This document shows positions 1 to 7,200 of a stretch of 11,352 nucleotides of DNA, one piece after another; position 1 is the stretch's first letter, and every line of letters begins with the position of its first letter. This DNA is from Oligoflexia bacterium (GTDB lineage: Bacteria > Bdellovibrionota > UBA1018). The notes under the pieces were generated by a model. That model was not told the origin of the DNA. It searched no databases and saw nothing but the letters and a program-made list of their open reading frames with translations. The DNA lies in assembly GCA_043732485.1 (NCBI GenBank), contig JAYTHP010000165.1, forward strand, positions 1 to 11,352, in the 5' to 3' direction. The translations under genes were made by a program, and so were the position numbers.

Positions 1-909
1 TTCCAGCGTTCGAGGCAACAGCGGATGAATCAGGTAAATCCCGTAACTCACTTTCCCGATATAACCTAAGCCGGGGTGCTCAAAAAAGGTGGGGAAAGCC
101 CCTTGTGAAGCTTGCCCGACCACCCAAATGAAGAGCAAAGCCGCTGAAAAGTCCAAGAAAATAGCGCGCACCAACCAGCTGCCCTCATTGAGTCGTAACG
201 CCAGCATCAAGGCAAAAAGCCCCCCCCCAAAAAGCAGACTGAGGCGTAAAAGAGAGGGGAAGAAGGTTGGCCGATAACGCTCGACCCACGCTAGTAAAGC
301 CCCTGCTCCTAGAATATCAAAACACGAGGTGGTCAGCGAGCGCACGGCTACCCCACCGTAGCCTAAAGCCGCCATCCCACCGCGCGAGATCATCCCGATC
401 AGCAAGAAGCTGCCAATCAGCCAAGGCAGTCGGTGAACGGGAGTGAGCAGCACCAATAGGGGCCAAAAAATATAAAATTGCTCTTCCACCGCAAGCGACC
501 AGAAATGCGAGAGTAAGGGAATCCAATGATTGGCTCTCACCACCAGAACGTTAGAAAGATAGGAGACATACCACGGCCAGTCGCTGAGAAACTCAGCGGT
601 GCCCGCCAGGAAAAGCAGGAGTAAAAGTAAATAGTAAAGCGGAAAAATCCTGAGAAATCTGCGAGCATAAAACTGACCGAGCACCTGCGCTAAGCTCCGC
701 TGCCTCTGAATCAGGGACTCTTTGACTCCCAAAAGTATCCCCGTGATGAGATAGCCGCTGATCACAAAAAAAAGCCGCACCCCGAGAAAACCTGGCCCAA
801 CGCTCTTGATGCGGTAAAGATCACTCAGGCTGTGCTCAATCAGCACGAGAATGACCGCAACCGCTCTGACAGAATTCACTTGTGGTTTAAATTGCATGCC
901 CACAAGCAT
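1..909 (-). CDS. Acyltransferase family 3 (OafA/YrhL-like) integral membrane O-acyltransferase; 3' end lies outside the window
   Basis: Not in the ORF track because there is no stop in the window. I translated it by hand: open from ATG 909 (alternative ATG 897) to base 1. (MLVG)MQFKPQVNSVRAVAVILVLIEH...GVRLFFVISGYLIT...FYARRFLRIFPLYY...HFWSLAVEEQFYIFWP...GYIGKVSYGIYLIH. These are the hallmark Acyl_transf_3 motifs (RxxAxxxVxxxH, FFxISGYLI, RRxxRIxP, HxWSLxVEEQFY, SYxxYLxH). Confidence 0.93.
   Translation of the reverse strand, partial: MLVGMQFKPQVNSVRAVAVILVLIEHSLSDLYRIKSVGPGFLGVRLFFVISGYLITGILLGVKESLIQRQRSLAQVLGQFYARRFLRIFPLYYLLLLLLFLAGTAEFLSDWPWYVSYLSNVLVVRANHWIPLLSHFWSLAVEEQFYIFWPLLVLLTPVHRLPWLIGSFLLIGMISRGGMAALGYGGVAVRSLTTSCFDILGAGALLAWVERYRPTFFPSLLRLSLLFGGGLFALMLALRLNEGSWLVRAIFLDFSAALLFIWVVGQASQGAFPTFFEHPGLGYIGKVSYGIYLIHPLLPRTLE
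220..228 (-). repeat. G9 homopolymer (GGG GGG GGG = Gly-Gly-Gly) inside the acyltransferase CDS, currently in frame
   Basis: C9 at 220-228 on the + strand, read as TTT GGG GGG GGG CTT on the coding strand. Confidence 0.85.
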
Positions 910-1522
910 CTTCTAAAGCGCCAGCAAAAGCTATTAAAATAACTCACTCAAAAAAGTGTTCCACGCACGCGCGTGCTCTTACGAGTCCGCCCTGAGGAAA
1001 AAGGGCGACGCAAGCTGCGCCCACTCAATAATTTTGACATGCACCCCCGCAAGCCACTCCCCCCCTATCTTCGACCGGCGCTGGGTATCATGCTTGAAAA
1101 CTGCCCCCTTTGCTTTGCACGCCAACTCCATCATCAGCTGCCCTATGACAGAACAAAGAAAAGCTCACCGCAAACCTGCCTAAAGCCTCTCGTCGCTCTT
1201 TCAACCCGCCCCACCCCCCGCCCAAAATACGTCACAAGCTGTTGGGGCGTGAGCTCATACTAAGCTATCCAAAACACGCCCTGATCAATCCCCAGGTTTG
1301 AGACCCTAGGGCTTAAGAAAGTGCGTTAGGCGACACCCGACGAGAGCGGCTGTATTGGCTCTCAGTGAGGCTTTATCTCATTGATTACATCTGGTTTTTT
1401 GGTTCTGTGCTTTTTAGCTCGATCCTTAGAGATGGATATGATCTTCAGCGTTATTTTCCCACTTTTTGGTACACCTAGCAGGAGCGTCAAGAGACTGCGA
1501 TTGAAGCAGCCTAAGCAAAAAC

Positions 1523-1854
1523 CTAAACTACTTTTTTGAAAATTTTTTCCTCTTCAGAAATAACCAGTTTCAACCCCATAGCTCTTAGAATAAGCTTCAG
1601 GGTGTGCAATTTAGGATGGCTTTTTTGTGAGAGACTCTTATAAAGGCTTTCCGACCGAGCGAACTGTGACGAGCGACATCAGCCATACCGTGAGCCAAGG
1701 CAACATCTCTTAAAGCCATTAAGAAGGGAGCTTCGGCTTTATCTACATCATCTTCATCGTCTTCAAGATGGCCATTAAGTTAGGCTACAGCCTCCTTCGG
1801 GTCTTTCAATGACTCTCTCAACGATTTTTCATAACTTTTAGTTTTATTTCGCAT
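1523..1854 (-). pseudogene. Addiction-module antidote / HigA-like Cro/XRE HTH antitoxin (HI1420-like), pseudogene
   Basis: Hand translation from ATG 1854 (SD GAGGAG at 1866-1861, 6 nt spacer): MRNKTKSYEKSLRESLKDPKEAVA*LNGHLEDDEDDVDKAEAPFLMALRDVALAHGMADVARHSSLGR[1-nt deletion near 1651]ESLYKSLSQKSHPKLHTLKLILRAMGLKLVISEEEKIFKKVV*, ending at TAG 1525-1523. This matches the family pattern LxDPxxAxxYL...FLxALRxVAxAxGMxxVA...L.RESLYxxLS....P...T...IL.A.GL.L. The in-frame TAA at 1782-1780 replaces the expected Tyr. Confidence 0.88.
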
Positions 1855-2003
1855 AGTGATCTCCTCGTCAAATCAAGTCATCTATAATGTCAGTCAGGCC
1901 TTTGACGGAAGGAAAAGTATTGGCAGTGAGATCCCTGGTTGCCCAAAATACCGTTAATCTGAGAAAGCAGTTAATACGACGCCAAACTCTGACGCATTGG
2001 TCA

Positions 2004-2081
2004 ATGACTCATCAGGGACTGCTTGAACCTGTCATAGGATGAGTCATAGGATGAGTCGATGATGAGTAAAAATCTCATCAT
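2004..2081. repeat. GATGAG-motif cluster: 12-bp tandem repeat plus inverted repeats
   Basis: GTCATAGGATGA x2 (2031-2042, 2043-2054) followed by degenerate GTCGATGATGA (2055-2065). Inverted repeat ATGATGAG-N7-CTCATCAT (2059-2066/2074-2081). Inverted repeat ATGACTCATC/GATGAGTCAT (2004-2013/2038-2047). Confidence 0.85.
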
Positions 2082-2119
2082 TGGGAGAAAAAAAAAAGAC
2101 AATCATTTCAGAACCTCCA

Positions 2120-2980
2120 GAGTACGACTGCAATAAGCGACCGGACCTTCCAGCGCTGTTTCCTCCTAGAATTAAGAGTTTTGAGAGCGCAACTGGCGGG
2201 ACGAAAGACCGCTCTAACAGGGCGTGGTTAGCCCCCGAAGCACGAGATGGAGGCTCTGCTACCCCCTTCACTCAGGAAATCCGCTTCGCGGTGAAGCAGA
2301 TCTACGCCAGCCCCGGATGCATGCGGTTTGTCTAGCTGTTTACAGCATGACGATCGTCCCGCCCTAACGACTGTTTTGAGGCAGCAACTCAAAGCAACCA
2401 AGGGGCTATTGACCATCAAAGCCGCGGTGCGAAAGATCAACAATCTTGTGCCAAGAGGAGGTTACGATGCGGTCAGCACCCAACCGGGCTTTACCTGCGC
2501 AGGCCGACACGGTTGGGCACTGCAGAACCTCAAGAGCAGACGATTTTGTGAACACCCTCCACTTTAACTGATATTTACGGTGCCTGGACGGTCAATCAGG
2601 GGCCATGCTGACTAAGCAAAGTGCACGAGTGTCGCCGCTGCTTTGGGGCTTTTAGAAAAGAGGTGTCTTTCCCGATTTTGGCAGCGAATTCATCAATTCC
2701 GTTATCATCAATTTTATGCGCTCAAACTATGGCTAGAACGCACTTACCCTCAGCCGGCCCCGTCCTTACACAAAGAATGAGAACTGCTCCGTGGACCAGC
2801 GCACACACCTTCAATCACGTGCGGTCGTTTTTGGACTGAGATCACCTCGAGCATCAGGAGCTGGTAGGATTGATGAAGGAGATTTAAGTCAAGTATGGGG
2901 GGTTTTTCAAGGTAGCCAGCCGTCTTGAAGTTACAAGGAATACTCGATCACTAGGGCACTCTGCCGATCAAGAAGCAGGC
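2120..2980 (+). mobile_element. Degraded IS transposase remnant (DDE integrase-core/rve type) with multiple frameshifts, stops and deletions; boundaries approximate
   Basis: Collinear motifs across shifting + frames: KGLLTIKAA (~2400-2426), QPGF (2481-2492), QADTVGHC (2500-2523), DFVNTL, TLTDIYGAWT (2561-2590), FPIL (2669-2680), GSEFIN (2680-2697), RPYTKNENCSVDQR (2761-2802), NHVRSFLD*DHLEHQELVGLMKEI* (2813-2887). Same order as the family pattern I recall: KGxSTTK...PGFxEADTVAHCG...F..TLTxTDIxxGWTE...FPxxGFDSDNGSEFIN...RSRPYxKNDNxHVEQKN..HVR..FGY.R (M. tuberculosis Rv2807-like proteins, from memory, not searched). Confidence 0.85.
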
Positions 2981-3060
2981 AACCTGAAAAAATATTTACC
3001 CTATCCATTTTTTTTATAAAATCTCTTTTGGCGCACCACGTTTTACTGCCACTTACCCCG

Positions 3061-3408
3061 TCATTGATGACTTCCTGCGTCCTGAACCCGCCGGCCGACC
3101 TTACGGGCAACCACCCCGAGCCCCAGCAGCAAACTGAAGGTAAAGCCGACAGCCATCAGCCTGGCATCGACCTGGTCTTTCACTGCGAGAATCCAGGCGC
3201 CATAAAAAAAATAGCGCGTCAGCAACAAAACCAGGGAAAGACTGGTTAAGAGCGTAAGCCAGACTCGTCGTCGCAGCCGCAAGCGCTGAGATCCTACAGC
3301 CTTCGCCTGCTGCAGTCGCGTCAGACTGATAGCAAACACCGCTACAAACAACACCTCAAGCAGCATCAACACCCCGCCTGCTGCAAGCGACACTAGCCCT
3401 GCTCTCAT
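3061..3408 (-). CDS. Small hypothetical membrane protein (115 aa, ~3 TM helices)
   Basis: ATG 3408 overlaps the trmO stop (ATGA, 3408-3405), so it is preferred over the track's 3429 start. Three hydrophobic segments (GGVLMLLEVLFVAVFAISL; VWLTLLTSLSLVLLLTRYFFYGAWILAV; LMAVGFTFSLLLGLGVVA) with Arg-rich loops. No family recognised. Confidence 0.7.
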   Translation of the reverse strand: MRAGLVSLAAGGVLMLLEVLFVAVFAISLTRLQQAKAVGSQRLRLRRRVWLTLLTSLSLVLLLTRYFFYGAWILAVKDQVDARLMAVGFTFSLLLGLGVVARKVGRRVQDAGSHQ

Positions 3409-4235
3409 GACACAGCACCCACCACCCACTGACCCCGCTCCAGCTTTTCAAGCGCCATCACCAAAAATGCCTCGCCGTCAATCACCCAGCGGACATTAAA
3501 CCCGGCAAGCTTAAAGCCATACTGCGTGCCCTGGGCAGCCTCACTTCCCAGCCTGAGCTTTCTTTTTTGAAAGGCAGGCCTGGGATCAAGCGTGAGGATC
3601 TCGGTAATCAAGGTACGCAGCTCTACCGTCAACTCCGCTGCAACACTCGGTAAAAAAGTCACAGGCACTTTTTGGATCTCCTCACCGGCCCAGCCCGAGT
3701 GCGCTTGCGGGAGGCAATCGGCGTAAGCAAGATAAGGCTTCACATCGAGGATCGGCGTGCCGTCCAAGAGATCAAGCCCCTTGACGTGCAGCCGGGTGGA
3801 GAAATCAGGGAGCCGCTCGACCCGCTGCAACTGCACCACCGACAGACCCAGCGGATTGGGGCGGTGCGGCGAGCGCGAGGCAAGGACACCCATTTTCTTG
3901 GCCCCACCTAAGCGTGGGGGACGAACCGACGGACGCCAATTCTGAGCTTGGGTTTGATGAAACAGAAAAATCACCCACAAATGGCTAAATTGCTCAAGCC
4001 CCAGACTAGCCACTTGCAGGCGAAAATCAGCCGTAAGCTCAAGCCGGCCCCAAGCGGAAGGCACTAAGCCTGATTGCCTGGGCACCCCAAATTTATCATG
4101 AAACACCGAGCGCACCACTCCAATCGGGCGCAAAGTGACCTCTGCAAAACTCCTCTCGGCTGCTTGTTCAGGTGCTGTTGAACGAGCAGTTTCAGGGCAG
4201 GCGGCTGGCGCTTGATCCGGCTCACTGCCCGCCAC
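3405..4235 (-). CDS. trmO: tRNA (N6-threonylcarbamoyladenosine(37)-N6)-methyltransferase TrmO (TsaA/YaeB family)
   Basis: Motifs LRPIGVVRS, KFGVPRQSGL, GLEQFSHLWVIFLFH, VRPPRLGG..MGVLASRSPHRPNPLGLS, GLDLLDGTPILDVKPY and C-terminal DPRPAF. GTG start at 4235 has SD-like GAGGT 8 nt upstream and overlaps the ileS 3' end by 14 nt. Confidence 0.93.
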   Translation of the reverse strand: MAGSEPDQAPAACPETARSTAPEQAAERSFAEVTLRPIGVVRSVFHDKFGVPRQSGLVPSAWGRLELTADFRLQVASLGLEQFSHLWVIFLFHQTQAQNWRPSVRPPRLGGAKKMGVLASRSPHRPNPLGLSVVQLQRVERLPDFSTRLHVKGLDLLDGTPILDVKPYLAYADCLPQAHSGWAGEEIQKVPVTFLPSVAAELTVELRTLITEILTLDPRPAFQKRKLRLGSEAAQGTQYGFKLAGFNVRWVIDGEAFLVMALEKLERGQWVVGAVS

Positions 4236-7200
4236 GACTCATGACCTCAATCCCGATGTGCAAGGTCTCTTCATCCAGCAACACGCTTTCACAAAACTGC
4301 CCGCTCGGCTTGCCACTCCATTTCACCACCGCGGCGAGCGTCTCTGAGGCAATGCGGGCTTGATGCACGAGCACTGCCTGCTGCAAGCTCACCCCACCGC
4401 CCAGTTGCAAAACAATACGGTCATCTAAAATCAAATCGGCGTTTTTGCGAGCAGCTTGCACCTTGCGGATGATTTCCCGCGCCACCCCCTCTTGCTCTTG
4501 CTCGGGCGTGACCTCGGTATCAAGCTCCAGCGAAATCACCTGATTACACGCGACATGCGGATGCTGCGCGCGTGGCTGTCGCCTGATCTCAACTTCTTGC
4601 AGCCTAATCGTTTCCCCGCAAACGACGGCGATTTGCGTGCGCTCCAACTCCAATAACGGCTCAAGCGTCAGTTCCGCAATCGCCTGGGCCACGGCTTTCA
4701 TTTTCTTCCCCAAACGCTTGCCCAAGAGCGGGAAATTGGCCTTCGCCGTAATCTCAATGTACTGATCTTCATTCGCGTCGTAGGCAATTTCCCGCACGTT
4801 GAGCTCTTCTTGGAAATAGGCTTGAAAACGCTTCAAGCCCTCCAGTAGCTCGCAGTTCCGGTGAATCAGCGTCATCTTTTTCAGGGGGATTTTGGCTTTA
4901 ACCCCAATTTTCTCACGAAAATTGCGCCCCAACATCATTAAAGACTCCATCACCGCAACCGACGCTTCTAACTCGGTGCGAATCAAGCCAGGACGTGCTT
5001 GCGGGAAATCCTCCAGGTGCACGCTTTGGGAGGCGCCAGGCAGGAAGCACTTTAAGTTCTGGAACATCTCTTCGGCAAGAAACGGCGCAAAGGGCGCCAT
5101 CACTTTACTGAAGGTCACGAGCACCTCAAAGAGCGTCTCGTAAGCCTGCTGCTTTTCAAGCGGCATCCCTTCTTGCCAGAAATGGGTGCGGTTAAAGCGA
5201 ATGTACGTGTTCGTCAGATCCTCAACGAACTGCAACAAACCAGGCACCACTTGATCCAGCCTGTAATGCGCCATCTCGTGCTCCGTTTTGCTGATCAAAG
5301 AGTGCAAGCGCGAGAGAATCCAGTGATCAAGCAAATTAGGCGAAGAAGAGGAGGAAGAAGAAAGCGTGGCCGCAGAACCTAGGTTTTCTGCGCCTTGAGT
5401 CGGGTGAAAATGGTCCACGCGCGCATAGTTCACGAAAAAACCATAGGCATTCCACCAGCGCAATAAGACCTTGCGCACCATCTCTTTGACGCCCAGCTCC
5501 GAAAAGCGCAACTCCTGCGCCTTCACCACCGGGGAATCGATCAGGTAGAGCCTCAAGGCGTCTGCACCGTGTTGCTCGAGAATGAGTTGCGGATCGGGGT
5601 AATTCTTCAGGCTTTTACTCATCTTTTTGCCATCTTCGGCTAAAATCAACCCACTCACCACAATGTTCTTAAAAGGCGCCTTCTCAAATAACGCCACCCC
5701 CAGCACCATCAACGTGTAAAACCAGCCGCGCGTCTGATCCAAGCCCTCAGCAATAAAATCAGCTGGAAAAGCCTCTTGAAAAGCCTGCGCGTTCTGACGT
5801 GGGTAACCCCACTGCGCCACCGGCATCGCGCCGCTCTCAAACCAACAATCCAAAACCCCCTCCACCCGCTGCAAACGACTTTGTCCGGTGGGGGAGGGCA
5901 AGTAGACCTCCTGCAAGGCATCCCCATGCAAATCCTCAATCTTGTAACCCGCTAAGGCCTCAAGCTCGGCGTGCGAACCGACACAAATCATCTCTCCTTC
6001 GGCGTTAGCCCAGACCGGCAGCGGGGTGCCCCAGAAGCGATTACGGGAAATCGCCCAATCGCGGGCGTTTTCTAACCACTTGCCAAACCGACCCTCGCGC
6101 AAGTGATCAGGCACCCAGCGCACCTTTAAGTTCTCAGCCACCAGCTGATCTTTGATCTTCTCTACCGCTACAAACCAACTCGACACCGAGCGATAAATCA
6201 ACGGCGTATCAGTGCGCCAACAAAAAGGATAACTATGCTGTAAGGTCGCCTGCTTAAATAGCCGCTTGCGGTCTTTTAAGCTTTGAATCAGGGCTTTTTC
6301 AGCGTCGCGCACCCGTTGCCCTTGAAACTCAGGCACCTCAGCCGTAAAACAGCCATCATCATCGACCGGGTTCACCAGCGGCACGTGGTGTTTCTGACAA
6401 GCGTAAAAATCCTCCTCCCCAAAAGCCGGCGCCAAGTGCACGATCCCCGTGCCAGCATCGACCGTCACGTGATCTGAGGAAATCACCCGAAAGGCCCCCC
6501 GCGCCGACTCACTGGCAAACGAGTCAAACACCGGCAAGTACGCTTGCCCCAGCAAACGCTCCACGGCAATCGGCTCCACCGTCTCCACCGTGAAGCCCGA
6601 ACCTGCAAAAACACTCTCCACCAGCAAGGCTCCCACCACGAACGTCTGCTTCGACTCTTTCACCCGCACCACCACGTAAGCAATTTCAGGCCCCACCGCC
6701 AAAGCCATGTTACTCGGCAAGGTCCAAGGCGTAGTAGTCCAGGCGACCAACGCACAATCAGGCTGATCCTTAAGCGGAAAACTGACCATCAAAGAGGGGT
6801 CTTGTACCTCTTTGTAATTGAGGTTGGCTTCAAAATTAGACAACGGGGTAGAAAGCCCCACCGAATAGGGGACCACCTTTTGGCCTTGGTAAATCAGCTG
6901 CTTGTTCCACAGCTCTTTAAACACCCACCAGACGCTGTTCATGAAATCGCGGTCCATCGTGTAATAGGCCCGGTCCATATCCACCCACCGCCCCACCCGC
7001 TCGATGGTCGCCTTCCACTCGGCGGTATAGCGATTGACAATCGCCCGGCACTCGGCATTATAGCGCGCCACCCCAAACTCAAAGATGTCTTTGCGATGGC
7101 TCAACTGAAACTTTTTATTAATCTCCTGCTCAATCGGCAAACCATGGCAATCCCAACCAAAGCGCCGGGGGACGCGGTAGCCTTTCATCGTCCAATAGCG

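Noticed and set aside
89..526. Track ORFs 89..277 (+) and 317..526 (-)
   Set aside because: Antisense or out-of-frame shadows of the acyltransferase CDS (909..<1).
965..1020. Palindrome GCACGCGCGTGC, hairpin CGCCCT/AGGGCG and following GACGCAAGC, reminiscent of a c-di-GMP-I riboswitch
   Set aside because: It lacks the upstream GGCAAA and a proper GAAA tetraloop, GCAAAG is incomplete, and it points away from the adjacent gene with no credible CDS downstream. An Infernal scan with the c-di-GMP-I model would settle it.
956..1263. Overlapping + strand ORFs of 75 and 96 aa
   Set aside because: No SD, no recognisable motifs, and composition driven by C-rich intergenic DNA.
1362..1490. Short minus-strand open frame (LTLLLGVPKSGKITLKIISISKDRAKKHRTKKPDVINEIKPH*) downstream of the antitoxin, considered as a toxin remnant
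   Set aside because: About 42 codons, no good start or SD, and no similarity to toxin families I can recognise.
1780..1782. TAA within the antitoxin as evidence for stop-codon recoding
   Set aside because: TAA terminates the SulP-CA gene normally, and the antitoxin also has a frameshift, so decay is the simpler explanation.
1985..2020. Minus-strand CUGAUGAG followed by a short stem (CAUUG-AC-CAAUG), resembling a hammerhead ribozyme core
   Set aside because: The essential GAAA after stem II is absent (GUCA instead), and I could not build stems I and III.
2031..2081. Repeat cluster as a CRISPR array or dif/Xer site
   Set aside because: Units are 11-12 bp with no spacers and no cas genes, and there is no XerD-arm TTATGTTAAAT-like sequence.
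2044..2839. Track ORFs 2044..2271, 2081..2335, 2228..2443, 2328..2567 and 2621..2839 as independent genes
   Set aside because: Explained as fragments or antisense shadows of the degraded transposase.
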